A stretch of DNA of 64,000 bases from Lingula anatina. Taxonomy: Eukaryota > Animalia > Brachiopoda. The position numbers and the translations under genes were made by a program. The notes under the pieces are model-generated. The model saw nothing but the letters and a program-made list of their open reading frames with translations, was not told the DNA's origin and searched no databases. Location: positions 8,804,001 through 8,868,000 of the forward strand of contig CM120641.1 in NCBI GenBank assembly GCA_051362555.1, read 5' to 3'. Position 1 is the first letter of the stretch. Each line of letters opens with the position of its first letter. Of the stretch, positions 14,002 to 26,729 are shown in pieces.

Positions 14002-17000
14002 CCATCTAAGTTGTTCTCAGTGCAGAAAGCGCCAAAATAGAGGTAATTTTCCCTTTGTATCTGGATCAGTTCATTAAGTGTGGAGGAATTTTTCTCCTTT
14101 ATTTGTTTTTTATTTCAGTAATAAGCACAAAAATGATAGTGGTGATCAACTGTATCTTAGGCACATTCACTGTAACAAAAGAAAATGTTCCTCTTATCAA
14201 ATATGTGCAAGGGTGTGGCAGTGTGCATTTTCCTACTTCACGTCTGTTGGCTCTGGTAACAGATTTATAAGTACATGGTTAGTTTTGCTTGAACCCTTGG
14301 ACTTGATAGACATGATCAAAGGCAAGCTTTATTGCCAAGAGAGCAGGTGATTATAGAGAATAACTACCCATGTATTTCTTTCACATGCAATCAAATAAAA
14401 CAACAGACAATCAATGTATTGTGTTCTTTTGTAGGCAGGTCTCTTGGGTATGGAAACAACATAATGTAGAGGCCTCAAAGTAATGTGCATCAAGACAGCC
14501 ACACAAATGAGCTGTTTTGTTGAAAATCTCCCTGAAAAATCTTATCATAGGGAAATATATATTTGAAATTTCTACTGCCGATTATGGAGTCATCTTGGTG
14601 CATCCTGGCTAAGTTCACAAAACTTTTTTTTGTTACAAAATCATTAAAATGTTGATCAAAGTTGAGTTTATTGGTTTGCCTAGCTGTGCCTAGCATAAGG
14701 TATTTGATACTAAGAACATGCACACACACTTGCACATACACGCACACAAACACTCACAGAGCCCTTTACTTCTGAACGAGATTTCTCTACACAAGCAAGG
14801 GCTCAGCACTATACTTACAGGTATAAGGTGAGTACTGAGTGCTGTATCTCTGTTCTGGGCAGCTGATCGTTGCATTTGTTTCCGATGCCGCCTCCAATAA
14901 CGTCTATTTGGGGGAATGCCATCACTGTAACAAAAACAAAAAATACTTTTATATTGGTGGTTCAATTGAAAACCATTAAATATTATTTAAATACAATGAC
15001 AAAAGGTAGCAAACTTATGCAAAAAAAAAGGAATTATTGTTCATCTTTTGTTTTAATTTTTATTTAGAAGGTTTCCTTTTACTGACACATATATATAAGG
15101 CACCTAAACAATTACAAACAGTTGTATATCCCAAGAGGCCAAAAAGCACTTGTTGCTATAATACCCAAAAGATGTAACAAAACTTTTTCACCACCACTTA
15201 GAAACAATGGACAACAAAGATATCAAATAACTTTTATTAATGCCCTGAACATCATTTTTCTCTACATTGTTATGTATCAGTGTAGATCTATGGAATCCCT
15301 TCATTATAAACAACCTTTGATGAAGTAAAACAAAAAGAAATCAAAGGATAAAAAACACAATGTGATCACAAAACTGGAAACATGATCTAAGAATCGCTGT
15401 CCATTGCAGCTTTTACTGACTTCTCAGGGGATCAGGAAAAATTAATTTCTCCTTTAATAAACTTCCCCAACTTCAGGATCTAACCAGATCAAAGATTTCT
15501 TTGACATACTGAATGCTACTATACATTTTTTTTTCAAAATCATAAGCCTGATTAGCATCTGCTTTGTCCATTTCCAAGTCATACATTCACCCGACTGTGT
15601 GATATTTTTGCCTACACAAACTTCAAACATACACTTGCCTTTGATGTTCTATGCAATCATATAGAGCAGACATTGGCTGAAGTATTAGCCTTTTTTTCTT
15701 TCCTTTTTAGAGAGTGGGCCATCCAAGCAACAAGTCAAAGAGCGCGTTCAGAACAGCAGACTAAGGCCACATTCACATCAAGTTGAGCCATGGCTCTACA
15801 AAGCCACAACCTAAATATGGCGGACGTACATGAAAGGAAAACCGCCTAATCTTTCAATAGTCTCTCCGCCTCTCACACACATCCCCATGTGTCGTCCCAA
15901 TGGAGCAGATATTTAATGACTGTACCCCCGCAGGGACGACGCTTGGGGAGGCGTGTGAGAGGTGGAGAGACTATTAAAAGATTAGGCGGTTTTCCTTTCA
16001 TGTATGTCTGCCATATTTAGGTCGTGGCTTTGTAGAGCCATGGCTCAAATATGGCTGACCCACTTGAATACTTGTTGCTAATCCCCACGAGAAATTAATT
16101 CAGTATCTTATTGGGAATTAAGCAAACTTTTTAGTGGGTCACAATATTTGATTTGTGGATCTGTTAGTCTGCTGTTCTGTATGCGCTCTTAGAGTTGCCT
16201 TAACAAAGTAGCAAGTTGGAAAAACTAATGTGTTTGATACAATGCCATACAATACTACAAATGCTTATGCTGTACTGAATCACTACAAAAAATTCTAACT
16301 TTTTCATATTCAACAAATAAAAATCCCCAGACAGGCCTTCGTGATGCAGATAGAAACACTTGCTAAGGTGGGTCTTTTTTCACTTCAAAAGCACTATAGC
16401 CCTTTGATGAGGAAATACATCAAGGTACGTCTTCAGGCAGAAAAATTTGTCATAGTAGATGGAATACATTCCAAAGTAGCCATCTTCTTCAACCACGCAT
16501 ATCATATATCATGGAATATTAATCACCTGTAAGTTGGAAAAGCAGTAAAACCAACTTTGCTCCCCACAAAAGAGAAAGAGAGAGAGAGGAAGAAAAGTCA
16601 ACTGATATCACCCAAGTCAGCTTGGCTGATATAAATTAGTAAGCTTTTGGGACATGCAATTTCTTTTTTATCCTTCCTTTCCCCCATTCTCTGCTCAAGT
16701 AAGGTGATTTGAATGCAAGAACTTTGATTCTCTGCTACTGCCTGCTGCATCCTATGAGATAAACACGCTTATTCAGATCAAAAGACTCTTGAGGAATCAA
16801 GCGAAGGATAAAAGGAATTGAAAATGAAGAAAAAGGCTTTGATGCTCAAAAATGTAATCGACATTAACAAAGTATCTAATTTAGCCAGTCTCATTTCCAT
16901 GTGAATGCTTATCTTGTCAATTTATCAGACAGCCACGCTGGCTATGAAATTCAAAGTGTTCTCTAATCTTGCAATCCAATGAACTCTTATGCTTCCCTTT

Positions 17001-20000
17001 TCTCTTTACATGAAGACTAGAGCAGCACAGGAAAAAACTCCTTTTGTATGAATTACAGCTTATGATGGTTGAATTTTTTCTGCAATGCTATCATAAACTA
17101 CAGCTTTGATTAGGGTCATGTGTTATTTCTGTCGCATACCAAAGCTTAATGAAAGAATGTGATCAATACAGCTTATTTGCAATTCAGTGATTGGTGATTC
17201 AATCATTGTGGCCAAAAACAATTGCACTATCCTATGACAATTCCCTTTGATCTGAGTAATATCATACAAAACATTCACACAACGGAATCCAATATACATA
17301 TATCTTTCACAAAGAAACAATATGATGGAATGACTGCCTTTGACCACAAGTGCATGTTTTGCTGCATATAAAATACCATGTGAGAAATAAAGGCTGAAGT
17401 TTGTATCATAATCATTTGTAAAAATTTTCCAATCGAAATGTACCCAAATTTGAACCTACATAACCACATCCACCAAAAGAAAAACAAAACAATGTACTTA
17501 TGTTGCCTTCCTCTTCAAAGTATTTCTACAAATACCCAACCAGAAATAAGAAAGATGGAAACAAGCAGCAGACCCAAAACAATTTCTGGTTGCAATTCTA
17601 ATACGAAGACTCCACCCAATAACAACTTAAAGCCAGCTACACTAAAAAAAGATCTCCCCAGACCTCTAAACCATTACCACATCTTCTGATTTACAAAAAA
17701 AATTCACCACAATTGATATTTTTTTCACATACATTTGTTCAAATCAAAATTACCCATGGCCTACAAGAACCTGTAACTGATAAAATATCAGCCGCTCTAC
17801 TGGTGGACAACTCTAGATTAATTCTGAAGTACTTGAGAAATGACAGTTGCCATGGGAAAAATTATTATTTGGCCATGCTCTACAGACAGACTGTCCAATG
17901 CTTTATAACAAACACACACAAAAACTAGAGGATCAGAGAGGCGATACCGCCTCCGGATATTGTACCACCAGCTGGAGTAAGCGCATTCGTATGGACCCCC
18001 CACCCAAAAAAAGGGTCTCCACCACCAGTCTTGTGCTTGACAAGCTCTATAAAATGCAATCAACAAGAATTCTCAAAATATGCAAAAAAAAAAAAAAAAA
18101 AAAAACTAAATATGGTACAATCAAAGTTCAGTTCATCGTAAAAAGTAGGTCAAGGGTCACAGTAAATTGCCTCTAATGACTTTCTATTCCAGGTCAATAG
18201 TAACTATGGACCTATCTCTGCCAGTTTTGGAGAGAAAAGGGAACAAAATTTGCAAAGTTCAATTCATGGTTAAAAGTAGGTCAAAGGTCAATTTCAAGGT
18301 CACATTTAGATTGCCAGTATATGACTTTCTACTCAAGTTCAATAATAACTATGAACCTATCTCTGCCAGTTTTGGAGATAAAAGGGAACCAAAATTTGCA
18401 AAGTTCAATTCATGGTGAAAAGTAGGTCAAAGGTCAATTTCAAGGTCACATTTAAATTGCCAGTATGTGACTTCCTATTCAACTTTAATAGTAACTATAG
18501 ACCTATCTCTGCCAGTTTTGGAGATATAAGGGACTAAATGTTATAATTTTCACAACCACAATGTACTTTTTGATACAGCATAACTCGAAAACTGTATGGA
18601 ATACGAAAAAACGGAGACCATCAGCAGTGTTAGGCTTTACATGCTCTACAAAATGCAAAAAAGAACGGGTCTCTAGCATTAATGGTTCCTGAATTATAGG
18701 CAGTTTTCAGTTTCGGTATCTTATGGTCGCTACTCCCGTGAAAATGCACTGATTGACCCCGAATTCACGGAGATGAAAGATGACCCAAAGGGGAACACTT
18801 TCCAATAATATTATTGGTTAAGTCTGTGTAGTGTCTGAATAACAGCAAAAATTATTTTTTTTTGTAAAAAAATTTGTTTTTTTGAAAATTTTGGCCCGTT
18901 TGACCTTGAAACAAAGGTCAAAGGTCAAATCCAAGGGCATATTTGAAATCTCCACATATGACTTTCGGTCAGTTGTCTGTAGAAATTTTTCCCATAATTC
19001 CTACCGTAGGGTAGATAATTGGTATTGAATTTTCAAAAATTTTGACAAAGGTGCAATTCAACGAGTGTCACGCCCAGGTCAATGCACCGACTGAGACAAA
19101 AAACTTGGGGGTTCAAGTTGAGGTTATATGTGACCTAAATCCAAGAGATGGAGACAAGGGTCCTTGCGGTCTAGGAGGAGAAGCGGTAACGGTGACTTGT
19201 ATCCGGCGCCAGTACGCGGAGCCGGCGGAGCAAACGGAGCCGGCGGAGCCGCAGGAGCCGGCGGAGCCGGACGAGACGGGTCGGGACTAAAACCATGAGT
19301 ACCGCCAGCGTACACGCTGGTGGTACTAATAAGATGAAGCTTCCAAGATCTTGTAATAACCCAAAGAACTTGAAAGTTTTTTATAACTATGACCAGTGTT
19401 AACATATTTTAACCCTGACATATCATGACATGCAAAATGCATGTCAGCAAAAAATAAAAATAAAGTAAATAAACAAAAAATAAATAAAAGCTTTTCATAC
19501 TTATCAATGCCATCAGCATACAACTGGATCAATTAACATCATTTCCACTATGAATGAATCTCTATAGCTACTTACACACTGCTGTCTGTGAGAGACATAG
19601 TGTCATCTGTGAGAGCATCACTGGAAAGGCTCTGCAGCTCAGAATCCTGGGCCGAAACGGGAGCATAGCTGACATGGTAGGGGTGTGGTACTCTACCTCC
19701 AGGCTGTAGGTACAGGCTGAAAAATTAAGAATTAAATAAATTACAGATTGAAGTTATCTTCACTAGGAAGTCATTTCACTGAGTTATTATAATTTTTGTC
19801 ATGCACTGCATTTGTTTCCATTATTTTTTTTAATACTTCAAGCATCAACCCCCCCCCCCCCCCCCCCCCCGGCAATTTTATTTTAACTTAAAATGAGTTT
19901 TACTGTGTGCAAACCATTGCCCAGATCATAGTCTAAGTTACAGGACATCTTTCAAGTTCAGGGTTATCAGAGTGGCTGGTGAGTCATGCCTGTACAAATA

Positions 20001-23000
20001 CTTAGTAATGAATGGCTGATTTGTCCCAGGTTTAGTTGAGCCATGACTTACATCACATCAACCCCCAAGAACCTTGCTCAGTTAACTCCAGACAAATGAA
20101 AACCAAGTCTCCATCACATGTCTATAGATCATGTAAGAGTTGACTTGCCTTTGCAATTTTCTAGCAAGCAATGATAAATAAGTTTAACTGCATCTTCCCA
20201 CCTTAAAAATCTATTCATAAATGAGATCAAACTAGTTGTAATGAATAGTGGGAATACAGTATTTCCCAACTAACTTCAAATAATAACAAATGGGTGAAAA
20301 AAAACTTGAAATTATGTCTTTGAAATTGAACCAAGAGCCCAAACATATCACTTTGTGTGGTTTGAGACTTTTGAAACAGTGGGCCAGATTTAGTGCTACT
20401 GGCCTTGTGTGCACTTTATTTATTGTATAATTCTCTGTTCTCCCACCTGCTCAAAAGCTTTCTCCTAAGGCAGCAAATCAGAAACCTGTGCCATGGATTT
20501 GTTTATGAAAGCAGTCTCAAATATTTGGCTTCTGTCACCATGTATTGTTTCCCAATACACATGGTTGCTTTGTATAATTTTTACTCAGCTTTGACTCATT
20601 ATTACGTCCAAAGCTTTTATTATGAAGCAACTCTAAAAATACTCAGCAGCTGTACTGAGAAAAAAAAAACATGCGTCTCATCTGATTGAAAGATAACTTT
20701 CACCTTCATCAAACTTGTGTTCCCTTTTAATTTTTCAATTCACTTGCCTTTTCCCACATGAAAACAACCCTAAGCGTTCATTCACTCCAAGGCAAAATAC
20801 AAAAGACAGAACGCTTCAGGAAAAGCTCAGCACAGTGCAAGTACACTGAACGTCAATGATTTTTTTTACAAATGTTTAAAGTAGCTGGTTGATCAAAGTA
20901 AATACTGGCTGCTTGGTGATTACACTGAATCCCATGAAAGCCCTGTTCGCTGAAGCCTTGATGCAGCGAATAGTAAACATTCCTTGTGGGAGTGAATAAA
21001 CCTCTGATAGTTTGATTGCACTGAGGTGACCAAGGTTAATTCCAGTACATTCATAGAGAGATATATTAGGCTAAAATAATGCAAATTACAAAGCAAAACA
21101 GGATTTTCTTGTAGCCTCACTGCTAGGATGACAAATTTGGATGAAAAACAATTCTGAATGATTAAAATTATTGGGGGTTTTATCCTATCTAATAAGACAC
21201 AATCAAGAACTGAACTTCATCTCCTACCATCAAGGTGATACCAACATTTCCCTATCCCTAATAGCAAATTTACACAGCAAATATGGCCGCCCAGGTTAGG
21301 AACCCTAAGTTACTAGGTCACAGTGAAGGGCCCTTGATAGGTTTATGGACCACAAAAGCTTGAAGGTTCCTCAATAAATCTTGCAAGTGATCGTAGGTTC
21401 AGTTTTCCTTGACTTTATGTGCAAGTGGCCATTTGTGCACCTCTTAAGGCTCTCTATACTAGTTTCAGGGACTGAATAAAGGAACAGAGGTCGTGCCCCG
21501 AAATTTGATCTGCCATACTGAGGTAGTCATGTGGAAAGCACAAGGAACAAAGTGTGTTTTGCTGGGCCAGTTCTTCAAAACCCAGGTAGCTAAAATATGA
21601 GTCAAATGTGGTATGGGGTGACTTGCTACCCCACACAGGAAGGACTGGATCGATATAATTAAATCTGATTTTGAAAGAAACAGACTGAAATGGCATTTTC
21701 AACTGGCGGGATTCAGTTAAATGGATAGAAATCAACTACTGTCCTAAACCTGGTCATGTGAATTGTTTCTCAGTAGCATTTACATGAACTCAAACCAATT
21801 TAGAAATGTCTATTTTAGGATCCACAGAAAGTTGAGCTATTTAGTATGTAACAATGGGTGTATTTGTGTATATTTCAATCTCCTCTCCTTTTCCATTATA
21901 GCTGAACTTGGCAAACTTGGGGGTAGAATATATGGAGTAGATTTGGTACTCACTTAAATTTTAATTGGAAACTTTGTTTGATCTCACACACCTAGCTGAC
22001 CTAAACCCACTGCGAGGATGGATATATTACAAGCTCAGTTAACCATAACTGCCAAAAAATACAGCCAATTAAATTTGATCTGTGATCAAAAACTGACTTA
22101 GGTCAGACGATACATCTTCGAGTCAAAAAACACCGTCAATCCAATTACCGCAATGCTTTGGTGCAGACAATCATGACCATGTTACCATGGTGATGTACTG
22201 TGGCGATCTTTTAAAAGAGTAATAGAAAAAAATGACATTCAAAGGAAGTTTGCATTTGTTGAGTTTGTTGTACATGGCTAGTCAATTAGTTCAAAGGAAA
22301 CCAAGGGCCTCCTCTGTTTATCCACGCAATTCCCTCCAAATGTGCGATCTGCTGCTACGCCAGGGAACACATACTTCCAGACATGGTTTGAATTTTGCAC
22401 TGACTGTGAACCTGGTAACATTTGCACAAAACATCAAAGCTTGTGAAGCTAGGCTTTGAAGTGGAGAGATTGTTTTGTCCTTTACACACTGCCAGCGGCT
22501 AATGTGCCCCATGCCACAAGACACTTTTGATGAATAACAACACGGTTGCCTTAAATTACGTTAAATTCTCGCTTTTTGAAACATCCTTAGGGCTTGGCAG
22601 AGAAAATGGGTAATTTCTTAAGACAATGCATTGGAAATCACCCACATTTCTAGTTCTTTTCCTCTGGCTTTTTGTTAATGAAACTACTTTTCAAGACCTC
22701 TAGATACCTCTATCCCAGCAGCTTAGAGAATGCCAAGGCAGCAAGCACATCAAGTTCAATCAGCTTGCCAATATATAAGTTTCAACTACCATAACATCCA
22801 ATTTTAGGTATGGCTGCTCTACTTGCTGGCCAGTATGAAATCCAGATTTCAAGAGAAATCCACAGTCAAAAACTGACCGAAATACCATTAGTGGCTTCTC
22901 ATATTTTTCCCCTTAGTAATGTGGGAAATTACTTTCTTCAAAATCTTCAAAGTCTATAATGGTGTCAATAACAACTTTATCCTTATATCCCATTATCACA

Positions 23001-25064
23001 TCAATTTAAATTTTGAGCTTATTCTTATTGCTTTCCACAGGGTTATGAATTTATAAATAGAGGTCTTTTTTGACAAATCTATGACCAGATTAATAAATGA
23101 CCTAAATTCACAACAGTGGCCATACACATGCACACGCCTCTTGTACCAGGAGCAGCAGGAGGCATGCAACCATGGATGCTCAAAAGATACACAATGCCAC
23201 CAGTCAGTTGAGCGTTTATTCCAGCCACATGATTAATGAAATACCAGCTGAATTGAAAGTAGGGGGAGGCAGTTTTGATAGTAGTTGGTTTACTTTTAAG
23301 ACACCCTTGGCAAGTGTTGGATTTGGGCCACATGGACTGATGAACTGGTCTACATTAGGGGCATCCTTTAATGGTTTCTGTCTGCAAACAATCAGGCTTA
23401 GACATTTGCTCTACCCCTTGGTAAAAAAAATGCCATAAATATATAGATGATACATAGAACTTGAACACTGAGAGGCCTCTTTTTACACCTTTTGTTATAC
23501 ACAAAATTGGGCCTTTCATAAACATTTTTGGTGGTCATTCCATGGTTTGTTTGATGGTGCATTGATCCCCGTTTCAGAGCCAGAAGCAAAACTGTAATTC
23601 ATATAACGATTTGTAACATTCTCGCTTCATAAAACAATGTCATGCCAAAATGACCTACACATCTCATAAATCAAATCCAAGAGAAAAGTTATATTCTTCA
23701 AAATACCATTCCTGGGAACAATAATTGTTAAGACTTGTAAGTGAATTTAAAGATAATTAAAATAAAGTAACATTCTTATCAGATCAAAAAGTTATCCTTA
23801 AATATTATGTATTCAACTGGCCTGCATTACCTATGCAATGACCGTGAACTACACCATCTAATATGGTAGAGCTTGCACATCTATCATCACTGACTAGGTT
23901 TGAGTAAACGGGTCTTGGGTTGTAAATATTCTGAGCAAAATTAGATTAATCCTTAGCCAATATGTCATTTTCTGACACCTCAGAAGTGAATATGCCCATC
24001 TCATGTATAGTTTATTTGGCCTAAGTGATTTGATCACTTATTACACTGACTAGAGTTCTGACTTTAACCCAATCCCACTGTCCATACACTTACCCTGCCA
24101 CTGCTTCTGGTCTTTTAAATGGTGGAAATCCACTGTCTAGCCTAGTATTCCGAGTTGCAGTCAAAGATTTTGTAGTAAGAGGTATTGGAACAGTTGTTTG
24201 AGGTATCGACTCTGCTAAAAGTTCAGAGTCCTCATGCAGAGTTGGTAGTGGCCCCGCAACACTGAGTGGACGGGCACTGTTTGATCCACTAGAATTGGAG
24301 CTACCTCCCTTGGGACTCTCTCCTCCATTTTGAAGGTATTGCACATAAAGATCAGATTTTAAGAAGGTTTGATATGTCTCATTTCGCATAATATCCTCCA
24401 CCTCTGCCTGGGCGCTGTCAAATATAGCTCCATCAATGTCTTTTTTATTTGCAATTTTATCCTGTATTTCTTTTCTTATTTCCCCACTTAATTGTATTCC
24501 AGTGTCACCACGAATATATTTCTTGTAAATCAACTTGATGATCTGAGTCTCTTGGGCCTTTTCTTGTTTTTTCAAACCGTTCACTGCAAACCAGAAATCC
24601 AGAAGATTCACTGTTTGCTCCTGCTCAAGAAACTCACGAAACAGTTTTACCCCATCTGCATCTCCAAGTAAAAGATTGAAATTTTTAGCCCAGTTTAAAT
24701 ATGGTGGGGTCTCTGTAAATGGCGGCGAATTGGCAGCACTCCCTTCTGGTTCAAAACCTAGTGGAGCCTCGATCTCTTCGGCATTTAAATCCTTGTTTGA
24801 ATTTGTGAGAGAGCCACCCCCTTTGTCCAGATTGGACCTTCTTGGAGTTCCTGCAGGGGAATGGCTAACATCACTCTTTAAACTCTTGCTGGAGCTGTGG
24901 CTTTTGTGAGATGCATGGCTCTTGTGTGAGCCACTACTTCGTGTACTGTGACCTCCATTGGATTGGAGTTCATTCTCTTCTCCTGGTACAGGGGGCCGAG
25001 GTGCAGTTTCAGTGAACTTGTGTCCACCCGAGTCATTAACGAATTGGTGCACCTCAATGCTCAT
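6968..25064 (-). CDS. AXIN: Axin, Wnt destruction-complex scaffold, complete CDS in 9 coding exons
   Basis: Exons 25064-24094, 19716-19576, 14924-14819, 12343-12191, 11940-11249, 8581-8432, 8076-7816, 7548-7240, 7094-6968, phases consistent. Tankyrase-binding [10 protein letters not shown] and [12 protein letters not shown] domain, [29 protein letters not shown]3-binding helix [16 protein letters not shown], beta-catenin-binding [12 protein letters not shown]-terminal DIX domain ([12 protein letters not shown]...[16 protein letters not shown]). Confidence 0.97.
10321..10339. promoter_or_regulatory. Candidate TCF HMG site plus Helper site in an Axin intron
   Basis: AGTTCAAAG (10321-10329) followed 3 nt later by GCCGCCA (10333-10339). 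Confidence 0.4.
13477..13641. promoter_or_regulatory. Cluster of three consensus TCF/LEF sites in an Axin intron
   Basis: ACATCAAAG 13477-13485, AGATCAAAG 13546-13554, ACATCAAAG 13633-13641, all in the same orientation. Confidence 0.5.
13746..13870. repeat. Two-copy ~73 bp tandem duplication
   Basis: CCAGTTTATAAATAAACTTCACAAA...AATAAAAGCTT occurs twice. Confidence 0.7.
13946..13996. repeat. (TA)n microsatellite
   Basis: Read directly; similar tracts at about 41746-41775, 42934-42982 and 63003-63042. Confidence 0.95.
15740..16188. mobile_element. MITE with GAG...CTC termini containing an inner fold-back element
   Basis: Outer inverted ends GAGCGCGTTCAGAACAGCAGACTAA / TTAGTCTGCTGTTCTGTATGCGCTC; inner palindrome about 15783-16048 related to the TIR of the 49313 element. 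Confidence 0.75.
17925..19327 (-). mobile_element. Apparently complete non-autonomous Helentron-type (HINE/DINE-like) element
   Basis: CTAG end with hairpin (about 17938-17953), subterminal inverted repeat GTACCACCAGC (17962-17972) / GCTGGTGGTAC (19316-19326), about 3 internal ~145 bp tandem units, GAGCCGGCG-type minisatellite about 19217-19285, terminal stem-loop, A-rich flanks, no TSD seen. Confidence 0.8.
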
Positions 25065-26628
25065 GTTGTTGATAGATGCAGTTTCTGAAATTATAGATGG
25101 ACAAACTAAAAATATATCATAAAAGCCTCCTATCAATACATGTGACCCTTAAAAAGAATAGTGGACTGTACAAATGAGAAGATTTCTATCTATAACATTC
25201 AACAAACACTTAATATATGATTCTTTTAACTGGCAGAGGGACTGGATATTCTACAGCTAAAATGCACCCCTGCAGATAAATAAGAAAACTTTCAAAATCT
25301 GTCTTAACATCTTTATAACATTTGCAACACTTATGCCATGTTGTACTGCAAAGCATGTCCACATATTATGCAATGATTGTGCTAAAGTGAGAAAAAAAAA
25401 TATATGTATATATATAATGTTATATAATGTTAAATATATTATGTTATATATCTAGTCATAAAGGCTTAATTTATATAATTATAACACCCTGTATGCACTT
25501 GGTCACATTCAACAAATGATGCTTTAAATTACTGAAATCATTTGATAAACAGCAACAGTGTTCGCTTTTTCTGGAGTGCTACTTAATTTCTAAGTGAGAC
25601 CCAACTTACAGGGCAAACAATTAATTTACAAGAATCAGGTCACCAATTAAAATACTGACAAGAGGTATGCTTCCAAATAACTTTGCATGTTGTTATGACG
25701 AAAATGTATAAAAAATCCTTACTCTTATATACTATACCATATAAAAATCAACAACATAAACCTCAAGTTCCTAAATAAGTCTGGCAACACTTCCGATTTG
25801 ACCCCACCATCTACAAGACTACAGGGCTATGAGAAAGCTACCCAAAGAATGGAAGCCGCCATCTTGCATGCAAATAGGACAACGGGGGCACGTTTAGGGA
25901 GAAGCCATGACATACAGAGGACATCGGCTTCTCAAATTACAACAAAGTTGTGCTAAATTTACTGTCATCATTAAAATAACATTTAATTAAAATGAATTGA
26001 ACTGCAATTAATACTGATTTATTGTTTAATTGATGTTACCAATGTCAGAAACCCTGACGGAACCCCATTCATTCGTTAGCCAGTGCCCGTTCTCTTGAAA
26101 GACCACACGAAAATCGGACTTGGGTCAAAAAGAATTACTTCTATAAACCACCATATATATATTTCCCTCCACAGATTTTTGAACCCTTTGCTGCTTCAAG
26201 CTTTAGTTTAATGGGAATGCAAATTACAAATGGGAGAACAAGGAGCCCATTGATTGAAGTTTACAAAACAAACTCAAAACGTGGATAGGAGAAATGTGAC
26301 TTAAACAAAAGTGCGTATTCTACAACATTGAGCATCCTAAGTTAAAGAATTTTCAAATCTTAAACGACAAAATGGAACCCACCTCTCTCTGTCATTCACA
26401 TTGTATCGACCTCGACTCACAAAGGCAATAATGTATAGCCAGTCATTCTCATTGAATGGCCCATAATTTGATGTCGGAAAGTTTTCAAAGCCAATGGAAT
26501 TCGGTCGATTTCTCCACGAAAACTACTAAAAGTTCTAGTTTGCATGATATGATAAGTGAGATCTTGTACTAACCTTCTGCTATACCATCTTGATCTTTGT
26601 GGTTTGCTTTTCGAAGGGCTAAAAAGAC

Positions 26629-26729
26629 ACTTCAAAGTTTGAATACCTTAGATCAAAGCCACATGCCCGCCGCCGACAATCCCTGTACACACTGACGTCA
26701 CGAGGTTTTTGAAACACCGCACCAATCAG
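26629..26729 (-). promoter_or_regulatory. Probable Axin promoter with TCF sites, Helper site, CRE and CCAAT box
   Basis: ACTTCAAAG 26629-26637, AGATCAAAG 26650-26658, GCCGCCG 26669-26675, TGACGTCA 26693-26700, CCAATCAG 26722-26729; candidate 5'UTR donor at 26382 and acceptor at 25270. Confidence 0.55.

Noticed and set aside
19042-19405. EPAEP / PAPPA repeat ORFs
   Set aside because: Derived from the minisatellite of the Helentron-type element.
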